Assembly: GCA_964016885.1 (NCBI GenBank)
Contig: OZ024752.1
Coordinates: 4,030,001 to 4,094,000, forward strand
Origin: Eledone cirrhosa
Lineage: Eukaryota
Reading direction: 5' to 3'
Length of the DNA: 64,000 nt
A program made the position numbers and the translations under genes. Shown here piece by piece: positions 13,330 through 25,248 of this stretch (its first letter is position 1; each line of letters starts with the position of its first letter). The notes beneath the pieces are model-generated. The model saw nothing but the letters and a program-made list of their open reading frames with translations, did no database searches and was not told where the DNA came from.

Positions 13330-15810
13330 TTTTATGCGATTTTATCTTCTGAATGATTCTTGCTGTTCCCATGAAGCGTAATTTCTTCAACTTTTCTATC
13401 GCACAGTCTATTCTGATTCACAAATGAGTCAATCCTGTTTCCAACCGTACCAAGTGAACCAATAACAATTAGTATAATTATGGCTTTCTTCAGTGTCCAT
13501 CTGGGAGCTATTTTATACTCTAATAGATTGAAGTTGATCAACTTCTGTTCTTCTGCTCTATTCTGGTATGAAATGGACATGATAGGTGCAAGATGACCAC
13601 ATCCTCGATTATGGTGTCTGGCTTGTGTTCTAGTTTGTTTATCTGGTTTGTTGTGTTCTATTGTGTTTATCTCGTTTATTGTGTTCTTTTGTGTTTATCT
13701 GACCTGTTGCATTCTTGTGCGTATACCTGACCTGTTGCATTCTAGAGAATATATCTGGTATGTTGCATTCTAATTCGTTTATCTGAATTTCTAGTTTATC
13801 AATCCGTATTAAAATAACAGAGGCTTACACTCAGCCAATTTCAACAATTCAACACATTACCGAGTTTAAAGTTGTACTTTATTTCCCTCGCTCATAGCCC
13901 AACTTCTCACACCACATCCATTGAATTATCTTAGCCACCTGATTGTGTTACTAATACTTGTGCTAATTTTATGCCAAACTCATTTACAATTTTATTAAAA
14001 GTGTATTGGCATTTTCCGCAGAACTTTACTTTGTGAAAATGATTTCTGATATTCTTTGTACTTACGGTTTGATCTTGAGCTGCTCTTTGTTTCTTCGGGT
14101 TGGCTTCTACTTTCAGTAAGTCCCATGTTTGTTGCCTCTACTTTCCTTAACAAACTGAGCGTGTAAAACCTTTTTAAAGTTGATCATACAAAGCCATGTG
14201 GCGATATTGTCACTCACTGCGAGGGTCAGCTGAAACGTTTATAGTCTGGCTATGATTGAGTGATGTTAGCGCTGTGAAATCTTGCAAGCATTAATTTCAA
14301 CTCTTCTCATTAACAACTGCATTGTTCCTTTCCAGGGGCTATATTGAAAAATAAACCCCATTTCGTCATTCCATGAGCGTACCTTAAACGGCCGGTGAAC
14401 TTTTCAGCCTATGAAACTTTCAGCCGACCCTCGTACATTTAGTGGTCCTATCATATCGATAATTACTATTATATTTCTACAGATACACAGCCTTTCTAAT
14501 TCCCACTCTAAATTCTGCTATTCAGTTCTCTCCTAGTTTTCTTTTTTTTTCTTTTGTTACACCTTGGTTTCACAGGGCTGAATACGTCGATTACCTTCCA
14601 ATCTATATCTTTCTCTACTACAATTATACCTGCTCTTGAAAGTTTCTATTTCTTCTCTGTTTGGATATTCATGATCTATAATATTTTTAACTATTCATTT
14701 TCAATTACTTTCGTTGGCCTATGTTCATGCTACGTCTCTGGTTTCTACGTATATATATATTTCATCCAATTGCCAGTGTATATTTTGCTATGCCTCCAGA
14801 CTCTTTAATGTTTCTATGTCGTGTTTGTAATCTCTGATAAGCCACATAATCAATATAGTGGCGATATATTCTCCGTCAATGTTTTCTTATCACTTGTGTT
14901 CGTATGTCCTTTTCTTAGTCTATCTTGAAATCCCTTTTCCTCGGACAGTCCCAAGTCATTGTGTTTCTAAATGCAATGTTCTTAGAGAAAATTCAAACTA
15001 TGTGTTTCTCCTTCAGTATTACTTCCCTTTTTTCCATGATATATTCCTTCTCTTTTCAGTGTTTGCTGTTCTTTCATTTTCATAGCTCTTAGCAGTTTTC
15101 TTTACTTCGTGACACGTATTGGTGCAAGCAATGTTCTTCTATTGTAACCCAATCTTATACACCGACCAGACATCTTCCAGTGATACATTGTTTCATATAA
15201 ACCTTTTTATGAAACATATTATACATTGTCAGCAACTTTCCAGTTTGCCTACCAATATTCTGTTGTTCTCCAATGTTCTAGTTAATGATATCTGTACTGT
15301 TTCAAATGATCATGCCAGCACATGCGTTGATAGCTGTGAAGAAATTCCTTGTGTTCAGATGGGATTTCGATATATTCTTCTCCCTTTTTTATATCCATTT
15401 TCCAGTTTTCCAATATATCTTTCATATTATTTTTTCTTTCATGCTGTCAGTTTCTAAAACCCCTAAATACTTTTATCAGGTTTCCTTATCTATTTGTTTT
15501 ATTCTTTTCCCAGTAGAAAACTCAATTCTTCCTATCTCAGACAATTTGCCTCTTTTCATAAAAAGAATGATACCACACTTATCAATTCCGAATTGCATAT
15601 TATGTCTTCACTGAATACTCGTATCATGTTCACGAAAGTGTCAAGTTATATCTCGGTCTTACTGAATAATTTCAAGTTATACAGAAATAATATGCGGTCT
15701 GTTATTTGGTCACCTTTTCCTAATTGATATTCTGCTTTCACCTTTCTCAAGCTATGCATCATAATGATAAAACTGATTATACATTGAGGGGAAACAGCAT
15801 CATCCCCGTT
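13330..15810 (-). mobile_element. Heavily degenerate R4/Dong-like LINE (RT C-half to restriction-like endonuclease), with insertions
   Basis: Minus strand: LFLYNLKLFSKTE..RVFSEDI.MQFGIDKCG..MKRGK (15.5-15.8 kb), KYLGVLE, TAINA..GRQTGKLLTM (15.2-15.5 kb), EEQKL..WTLKKAIIILIVIGSLGTV (13.4-13.6 kb). Confidence 0.65.
14220..14433. mobile_element. Tc1/mariner-type MITE inserted in the R4-like LINE
   Basis: TIRs CGAGGGTCAGCTGAAACGTTTATAG / CTATGAAACTTTCAGCCGACCCTCG; TA follows the right TIR. Confidence 0.7.
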
Positions 15811-17079
15811 GTCGTTGTTTTTGTTGAGTCTCTCGAAACACGGGAAATTTTGGTGTAAAAATTCAGTTTTTTACGTGCTTTTAAAATATATTTGGCTGAG
15901 CATTGTATATTGTTCTGTAACAATATCAACCATCATCATAGGGAATTTAAAAATGACAGCAGCAGCAATAACAACAAAAACTCTGCACCAGAAAAGTATA
16001 AAGCCAAATCGTGCTTTTAAAAATGTTGAAACCAACGTCATATTTATTAGAACAACAAAATATGAGTTCGATAGACATGATACCAGACCTTATCCTCTAA
16101 GAGAGAGGTGTATACCTCGTCAAATCGGATCAACGAAACGATGTTGCCTTCTCTCTTTCCATTGCAGAAAAAAAAACAAGAGAAATAAAACACACAAAAA
16201 AATACTAATGCTACCACCACCATCACCACCACTTCTGCCATCACCACCAACATAGAGATGTGTACACCTCATAGACAATGGGGGAGAAGGTTTGTGCATC
16301 AGACGTTGTGCTGCACATGAGGTCGTTGTAGGGACATGTCAGTGGCATATCCGTTTTTCTATGAGGAGCGGTGGCTAACCCTTACTTCAACCCTCCTCCA
16401 TTTCAGGAGAAATTGATACTGTGTGTGGTAGTTCACGACCTTCTCACTGCGCAACATACCTTATTAAGTACGCCTTCTATATCACGATGATCCCAGCTTG
16501 AAAAACAACAATCAGTTATCTAACCAATGAAGATGAGGTGAGTCTATACATTTTTAAGTTCAAATTAATATAATCTCGAAGCAGATAAATCATATCTGAT
16601 GCCTAAAAGTTGAAGTGGTTGAATCTTTTAAAAGTTGAATTCATTTTATCAATTAACTTTGACCTTCAAATCTGCGTTTATTGTGGGTGGTGAAAGTGAT
16701 TCTCAAAGCAGCTAAGTGTCTGATTTGTAGCAAGTGGATTCCATACAGGAAGTCTGAACTTAAGCCTCATATAGGCGTGCTTTCTGCCACATAACCGGAA
16801 TATTAGAAATCCGTTGCTGCAGCACATAAAGTTAAGAAGATAACAGCATACGGAGGAATTGTGTATTAGATTTGCACAGCAAAATTGTTCTTGACATAGT
16901 GAAAAAGATAGAACATAAATATAATGTGCAATTTGTTGAGTGGCTAAATGAATGTCTGCAGTTTACATTCAACGTATGGATTGACGTGTGCTAACAAACG
17001 CTAGAAAGTTATCTAATTTCATTGAAGCAAGTTCAGTTCAGTCAGGGATAGCGAACGGTCTCCGAAAAAGCTTCTTGAG

Positions 17080-17435
17080 CAGGGTATCCCAACCTGGTCG
17101 ATATCGACCACCGGTGAACGATTTCAACTGACGGGTAGGTGATGAGCAATTGAACAGAATATGGTAAGTGATTGGAAATGTTGGTAGACGATATAGGATT
17201 TTGAATATTGAGAAGGTATTTCAACATATGTTACTCGAGAAAAGAAATATTCAAAGAAGTTATTCAATGAACCTGTATAAAAAATAAAACAGGAGACTAA
17301 ATGGGAATAAAGAACCAGTAACAAACTTTTACCAAACATTTTTGTTATGCTTTTAAATATTTACTATATAAGTAGGCGGTAAAAAATGTTTCCATGTAAA
17401 AGCGAGTGGTCACGCAAAAAAGGTTGAGAATCATG
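17080..17435. mobile_element. Putative hAT (Charlie-like) MITE
   Basis: Imperfect TIRs CAGGGTATCCCAACC / GGTTGAGAATCATG. Confidence 0.4.
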
Positions 17436-17589
17436 TTTTTTAGGATATGTGAAGCACTCATAGCGTCTACTTTGTGTGCGAAAATTGTTAATCACAACCA
17501 TTTGTTTTAAGGTTGTGCCCTCCCCATGGTGTGCCTGTTGTTGAGAAAAACCTTTATAAACTCAGTATAATACATCAGTCGTGTAAAAT

Positions 17590-17710
17590 TGGGTGGTTTA
17601 ATGGTTAGAATGATCGGTTCCCGATCTTAAATGCGTGAGTTCGAATCCCAGCGGCACGTTGTATCCTTGAGCATGATACTTTATTTTATTTATCTCCAGT
17701 ATTCTCAGCG
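17590..17710 (+). mobile_element. Diverged tRNA-derived SINE (family B-like)
   Basis: TGGTTTAATGG A box, GAGTTCGAATCC B box, TCCTTGAGCATGATACTTTATT. Confidence 0.6.
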
Positions 17711-19904
17711 ACCCCTCTAACTCAAATAGACAGCCTTGTTACACTGAAAATCACTCATAACTTCGCTGATTGCGGGTCGCTCTGAAATGCTCGGCCACTT
17801 GAACGTTAATTTCATAAGCTATTCAATTGATAAAACAAGAGATAGTCTTGTCGACGCAGATCCAACACGCACGCACACGCTCACAGGACTTCTATAGGAT
17901 TAAAAGTGTTTCATTCGTATGAAATCATCAGGAATGAAACCGTTCTAGTCCTGTAGAAGTCATTTCTATATATAATAAAGTCATCTACCAACGTATTGTG
18001 TACCGTTTTTAAATGCGGTTACTCGACACGACTGGGAATTCTACATATATATACTCAGAGTCAACTCTGACTCATATCTGACTTATATCCCCCAAAATTG
18101 ATATTTTGGTATAAGTTTTATTTTAAATTACTTATCTAAGATAATTTATTTGTATATGTTATCCATTGATTGAGATGTCAAAGTATTAGAGACATATAGC
18201 ATTTTAATTGATATTAGCTACACCTTCATTGTAGAGTAGATTTAGACGGGCTTTCGCTGCTATCTCTACCGCCATTAAAAACCTTTCGTATTGTCCTAAT
18301 ATATAGAGAGAGATTTGTTCACTTAGTTAAATAACGCAACATGTTGAACACTATGCAGTTTCAACAACGACATGGTATGTATACTTTACATTCAATATCT
18401 CCTCTTGTACTAAAAATTATCCTTTGATGACAGAGTAGTTCTACCAATATTGGTTTGAAATAATTTTTTTTATAATAATTTTTTTATTATTCTAGAAACA
18501 ATGGTAGGGAAGCCATTATGAGTTAGGCAGACCTATGTATGCGTGTGTGTATTTATTTATGTATATATGCTTTTAAAAGAAGTTCTGGTTCTTGTTCAAG
18601 AAATATGCTCAATCAAAATTATATGGTTATATGGTTTTGTGGCATCATTCAATTAATTTGCTTCAAGATCATTTTAAATTGAACTTGATCAAAATATTGA
18701 ATAAAGCCTTTGGTAGTCTACTAAAAACAGCGGCCAAATATTCTTGTAATCACATCTTCCTGTTGTAAAAAAAAAATTAGTATGCACAGAGTGTAGACCC
18801 GAAAAAGAAAGATGGATCTGCTTGATGAAAACCTGGCTGCGAACTAAACCATAAAAACGAGGTCAGTCATTCTATCGAGGTGACCAACTAGTACAGTCTT
18901 TAGCGGGATTTGAATTCAAATCTCACTGTAGCTGACTTTGCCGATCTTCCTTCAAGGATCCACAATTAATATACCAATCATATACTAAATACGCCCCCCC
19001 CCCCCTCTCTCTCTCTCAATACACAACCTTATGGCATGTCGACACAGGGGTGTGGTTTCCATAGTTTGAACACAGTTATTCAGGGGTTATCTTAACCATG
19101 GCTAAATTTGACTTTATTGATTATAGCGAGGTTTGAAGTGTAACGGAACTTTAGTTTCCATGAAATAACTAGTTTCACTATACACATTGTGCGACAAATC
19201 AGTTACTTTACATTTTCTTTAAAGATAATACTTCAGCAGCAGAAATAGCTTCCTATCAATTATAGTTTGGTTACTTATTACAAAAATGGTTTATTTATCT
19301 TAGCTGTTATCACGTTAGAGAAAACTCTTCCTTGCTGTGATATCTCTATAACATGCTCTATCCAACAATGATGAATTACTTATAAACATATGCATCATTG
19401 GCAATCATTTCTAATCAAATTCAGTATTTTTTTGTTTTATTTTTCTTCTTTTGCTTTTGTTCTGTTCACATATTTCAACAGAGCCGCCATTTTCTTTTCG
19501 TCGAAACTGATGAAGACAAAGCTTCTTGCTATATTATCTGATTTATTTACTCTTTCCTCTTATCGGCTGTTTCACCACTGTGTCCGACAAGAAAATAAAA
19601 CAATATTGCATGAGATAAAGGATAAAATGTGATAGTATTGGAATTAACTAGTTATATTTATACACCTATGAAGTTAACTTATTTTTAAAATATGCCAGCC
19701 AACTTTTATTTATTCATCTTAGTAAAGCTAGTCAGCCATTTGAGAAAATGAAAATATCTAATCTTTATTAAATCAATAATGACTTAGTCTTTATGTAGAA
19801 GGTCGAAAGTAATAACTTTCGCAGTGGCCCTCCTGCTCCCTTATTGATCACGGTAGAGTTGTTGTAAAGAACGAAATCCAGATATATTGTTGTTGTTGCT
19901 AGTA

Positions 19905-20115
19905 TTGGTGGTATTGGTAGAGCGTCGGACACAATACTTTGCAGCCTAGAGTTACGGTCCTTTACGTTCTGAGTTCAAATCCCACCAAGGTTAGCTTTGC
20001 CTTTCATCCTTACGGCGTCGATAAAATAAAGCACCAGTAATACACTGGGGTTAATTTAATCGACTTTCCCTTCCACTTCAAATTGCTGGCCTTATGCCTA
20101 AAGTAGAAAAAATTA
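19905..20115 (+). mobile_element. SINE family A
   Basis: GAGTTCAAATCCC..CTTTGCCTTTCATCCTTACGGCGTCGATAAAATAAAG. Confidence 0.85.
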
Positions 20116-21718
20116 TTGGTGGTTGTGGTGGCGGAAAAGGTTACTCCTGCGTAGCTTTAACCGGACTCCCATGAGGTTGGAGGTTCTTTGTGAGGTTTAA
20201 TGATATGAGCTCCTGCCATATTATGTAACCATGTTGTCCGACGTCAGGCAGGATTTGAACTCACTACATACTTAGCTAAAATATACTGCAAGAAATTCCG
20301 TTGGATGCGTTGAAAAGTAATGTTGACTTCGATGGGATTTGAAGTCAGTACACTAGAAGTTGGAACAAATATATTAAATATATTAAACAAATATATTAAA
20401 ACAATTAATCCAACGCTCAAGTCTAGTTGTAGAATTTGATCTCCAGCAGCTTGACTTCACGTTGATTGCCTTCATTTTAATGCGTCTGTATTATAAAACG
20501 AAGATCTATTTCCGTTGATGTTTGGTTTTAGATCAGCTCTGATCAGAGCTATGACCAAAGGAGTTTTAATCATGACCATCGTATATCGAGGAATATATGG
20601 CTCAATGTATTCTTCTTTGTCTAAGGCTATTTGGCTGGTATTTCTAGCAGTAGTTTTAATCATGACCATTCTAGCAAATTAAATAACTCCGTAGAGTTTC
20701 CATTCCTTGACTTGTTCATATTTAAATTCCCATGAATATCAATTATGATTCTATTTCTCTCCCTTTATAAATTCAAGATTTATGTTAATGTAAACACATG
20801 AGGCATAAAGATATCATATTCAGTTTTGAATATACATTTTCAGGGAAGTGTGTGTGTGTCTGTGAATTGGTATGTATGTGTGTGGAAGCCTTCCTGATAT
20901 AGATTGATGTCGTTTCTTAATCATAAAGATCGGATTTATGAAGGAAAGGAAACAAAACTGAGATTTATATTCATGGGAAATCAACTGGAAATCCAGCGAA
21001 TGGAGTGATAATCAGTCCTGGCAAAAAATTGTTCGTACATTTTGTATGGTTGAGAGATGTGAAAACAGGTGAAATGTAACATATCGCGAAGCGGGTGGGG
21101 GACTCCATCTTAAAAGACGCTCATAACTAGAGAAGAAAGTGGAAACCAGTCCTAATCATAATTTGGTTTTAGTAGGAAACTGTGTCGGTAAATAAAACGT
21201 AAAATTCGTAAAAGGTAAGTTTGCATCCTGTTGGGGAGAAATGAGAGAAATGACGAAAGATCCTGTCAGAAACAACTCTACTTACAATAAACTCATCTCT
21301 TTATTATTATTTTTTTTCTGATGAATTAATAATCATGTTCGAAATCAGATCAAGAATTTGTTGTTTTTGTTTCAGGACATTGTTGCTATTTAGCCCCGGG
21401 GAGATTAAATCAAATTTGAGACATTATCAGAGATATCCCATCGGTGACAAAGATGTCTCTTTTATTTTCATGTAGCGTACTCCAATATCTAATAAGTCAT
21501 TCCATTATAAGGACAGCATTGTATAATTTAAATGTGATTTTTGTTATTGTTTTCTAAAAGGATGAGTGACCACGTAGGGGTTCCTTTGCTGGCTAGTTAT
21601 TTTTCTTTGTGTTGATGGTTTATATATATCTTTCCCGTCTTTCCTTTACTATCCAGGAAAAATTTGAACCGTTAAGATCTTCTTCCTGGATATGTCAATA
21701 TTTATAAAACAAACTTTG

Positions 21719-21779
21719 TATTTTATCTGATGAGAGCATACCAAAGTTTTGGTACCCTTGAAATATATATAATAGAATA
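21719..21779 (+). ncRNA. Type I hammerhead ribozyme motif (family 2) in a ~200 bp module (21630-21822)
   Basis: TATTTTAT-CTGATGA-gagcataccaaagttttggtaccctt-GAAA-tatata-TA-ATAGAATA; module nearly identical to 55977-56158. Confidence 0.8.
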
Positions 21780-21819
21780 AATATGGTTTTATAAATATAG
21801 TTTCCATTTATTTAATATC

Positions 21820-21888
<69 letters not shown>

Positions 21889-21904
21889 TAAAATAACAAA
21901 TTAA

Positions 21905-21955
21905 AGTTTAAGCAAAGAATCGCTGCTTTCACCCTTAACGGGATCTTCTGAAACT
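21905..21955 (-). ncRNA. Hammerhead-like motif with variant core CAGAAGA (family 4)
   Basis: AGTTT-CAGAAGA-tcccgttaagggt-GAAA-gcagcgattctttgc-TT-AAACT. Confidence 0.65.
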
Positions 21956-21956
21956 A

Positions 21957-22007
21957 AGTTTCAGAAGATCCCGTTCAGGGTGAAAGCAGCGATTCTTTGC
22001 TTAAACT
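21957..22007 (+). ncRNA. Hammerhead-like motif with variant core CAGAAGA (family 4)
   Basis: AGTTT-CAGAAGA-tcccgttcagggt-GAAA-gcagcgattctttgc-TT-AAACT; stems I, II and III all pair. Confidence 0.65.
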
Positions 22008-23169
22008 TTAATTTGTTATTTTAATAAATATTTGCTCTACGGTTCTTTTATATTTGATATACATTTATCCTTATCGAGCCCTCTTTGGATTTTAGTCTTC
22101 AGATTTATTATTATTAGTATATATATATATAAAGTTAATCAAGGGTTAACCAAGGGTTTCTGGTATTAATGTTTATAGTAGTGGGGGTCTATATTTCGTT
22201 AATTTATTATATTTACAATCTATAAATAAGGTACTTAAAAAAACAGGTGGTAGTATCATACCAGTCAAGAGCCCCCCCCCCCCCCCTAGATGGTGTTGCT
22301 AAATAATCAATGTGTTAGATTTAGCGCCCTTTGTTAATGTAGAGGTGTTATTCCTGGTGGTCTGCTACTCCCACTAATATGTGAAAAGTTCTGTTATTGA
22401 ATTAGATTTAAAATCAGTAGTGCAGTAAATTCTATTTAAGAAACAAAAATGTTCACTATCAGCTAGTAGTACTGATCGATATGTCCTATGTATGAAATAT
22501 TCATTTTACCAATATATTTGGTGCATAATTTTGTAGATTTAAATTTGTTGTAATACAGTTTCTGAAAGAAAAAAGAAATCACTGTTGGGGAATTAATACC
22601 AGTCTTAAATGTAATAACATTTTTGACTATCATCTATCATTCTATCTCTAGAGATTTGAGAAGAATTCCAATTTGCAATTAACCACGAACGTGTTTAAGT
22701 GTTTTTCATAGATTCTTGGGGAAAGTTGAGAAACTACTTAATGTTCAATAAATTTCCATATTTATCAAAATAATTGAATATCGAAATGTTCGTTTCCTTC
22801 AAATATGAGCAGACGATATGTTTATTATATTATTTTTTATTATTTTTTGTACCTTTTTTTATCCCGCCAATGTCAGCAGCACAACGGTCAATATTTTAAT
22901 CGTTTTTCCCCAGTTTGGATTCAATATTCTCGTTGCTACTGCTATAGATTGCCGTGTAAAATAAATTGAACTGCTTTCCTTATTATTAAACCGATTTTTT
23001 CCATAAAATAAATTAATGAATGAATCCGGAAAGAAAACTAATTTGTCTTCCAAGAATGAAGTGAGAATTAGAATTTTGAAAGCTGAAACCATCTTATGGC
23101 TTATAATCTAGATGAAAACAGAAAGAAAAATTTGAGGGAGTAAATGTCATCAAATTAAAAAAATAGTAA

Positions 23170-23325
23170 CGCATTGTGTTCTCAGAATAAACTGAATTAA
23201 TTCTTTCCACTCGCATTGCTTTTACGTTGTCAGTAGCAAATTGTAGAGCAGAAGGGTCATTGTCACAATAAACCGTGGTCTCAGACGTAACTATGATCAA
23301 GAATGGAAATGCGTTGTTTCTGCAA
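23170..23325 (+). pseudogene. Possible relic of a hAT transposase C-terminal dimerization domain
   Basis: RIAFTLSVANCRAEGSLSQ* resembles the hATC pattern RIxLTLPVSNCSAERSFS; stops present. Confidence 0.35.
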
Positions 23326-25083
23326 GATTTTGCATGATAAGCGTCCATAAAGAACGGATTACAAAACAATGAGTTGTAGCTTATTCACAAAGTAATGGTT
23401 AAATCTGGACAAGACTAAAGAAATTGAAAAAATTTATTGAATAAAATTGCGAATAAAATCGTCAGTTTTCCTTTCATTCAGTTGTTGTGAATTCTCTTGT
23501 GCTGTCATAAAATTGTAACTATTTTGTCAGAGAATAATTTTTATCGAATTTCGTGTTTGGTTTTTAATTTAATTTTTATTTTATCATTATTTTTATAGTG
23601 AACTACGTGCAATATTTTAAAATAAAGGAGATTGATTAGTATCAAATAACAAAGAAACAACCAATGAATTTATTATTTTTGTATATTTTTAATCTTAATT
23701 TAATGTTTTCACTGTGAGGTATTTTATTCATCACACAAGCAGAGATGCGTTCCATAATTTCATAAATACACACACTCCGAGCTATACACATTCATATGTG
23801 ATGCATGCACATGCTAGGAATCTTGTGTTTATATGTGAACATTTGTATTTTACAATTACAGCCTTAAAGAACGTTGGTTATTTTACGAATTTACAAATAA
23901 AAAATTGAAGCAACCATTGTGAACATTTCAGTTTAAAAACCAAGAGATAGTTTTAATTAGTTTTCAGGTAATGCCTTAGCCTTTGTCTGTTTTTCCCTAT
24001 AAATGCATAATCACAAAAGGAAGAGCAAGCACAACTGAACTGTTAAGTAGTTTCCTTCTCAAACAAGAGGTCTCATGTTTGATCCTACAACATGTTAGGT
24101 TTACTAAATATTTTCTATCATAGTCTCAAGTCGACTAAAGTAAAACTGGGTAGGTTGAGATTCAGAAAGCCCCTTCGATGGAGTGTATCTCTAATTCAAA
24201 GAGCCAGTCTTTTTATACACTGTGTCACATTTAATCTGCCATATTTTACACAAAAGACTTTGTTCTACCCGAGATTTTGATAAAAGTTTCTTGGCCGCAC
24301 CTTAAACATGGTACTTACGAAATGAACATTTCTGTTCTATACACCGTATGATCATAGCCTAAATCATGTACTTCCATTTTTATATAATGAACTAGCTATG
24401 AACTAGTTTATTTTACGAATAGATTCTTCCTTAAGTGGCATCTACCCAACTTTTAATCTTTCGTGTTTTGATGTAAATGTGTCTTAATATCTTCCAAACT
24501 TTTTTGTATTATCGATCTGCGAATTAAAAGAAATCGAAGTTAACTACAATCTGACTAGTGTTTACTTATAGCGGCTTACTATCAAAGCTTTTTAAACAAT
24601 GATAAAACGATAAGTTCTCTCATTAATCATGAAATGTCAGGTTCGATCCTTCCTTCTGGACGTCACATTCACGAAATTTCTTCTGCCATAAACTCGAGGC
24701 GTCGACCAGAGTCTTGTTAGAAAAATTGTTTAAATTGAAACTGTAAAAGCTCGTCTGATAAATTGTGATTGTAATTCAAATGAAGGGAAATCAAGTAGAT
24801 ATGAATGAAGCCGTTCGTATTTAGTTCATCAATATGTTCCTTCTACTGTGAATATGGATTTACTGTAACTGGACACATGGCTGTATGTTTAAAAAAAAAT
24901 ATTACTCAAATGACATCACTGGATTACTCGTATCGAGGAAATTGAAATCAAAAGATGGGAAAACGGTAAGTTTTTCTGTTGTTTCAAATATTACTGAATA
25001 TCTTATGTTTGGCTTTCTGGCGAACGAAGGTGGTTAAATTCATGACTTAAAAGGAAGGAAAGGTATGTAGTTTTCGTTTCTTT

Positions 25084-25248
25084 CAGACCTGTCAACTCTC
25101 TCTGTCCGATGGTGAGATATGTCTGCTTTTGCGAAAATGGGTATAGCTTTCATTATGTAAAATCTCCCCATTTTCCTCATTTCTCCCCGTTTTGGTGCCC
25201 TTTTTTCATGGGACTCCGCGTTTGGGTTTTTAGAGGCTGGCAGGTCTG
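25084..25248. mobile_element. MITE with CAGACCTG(T/C)CA TIRs
   Basis: TIRs CAGACCTGTCAAC / GCTGGCAGGTCTG; homologous, inverted copy at 48573-48731 (shares AAAATCTCCCCATTTT). Confidence 0.7.

Larger units (their letters stand above)
21881..22031. repeat. Near-perfect palindrome (75 bp arms, 1 nt spacer at 21956)
   Basis: Arms are reverse complements with one mismatch (GTTAAG versus GTTCAG). Confidence 0.95.

Noticed and set aside
17887-17961. Imperfect hairpin containing minus-strand CTGATGA...GAAA
   Set aside because: No stem I can form around a TH site; more likely a small palindromic or MITE relic
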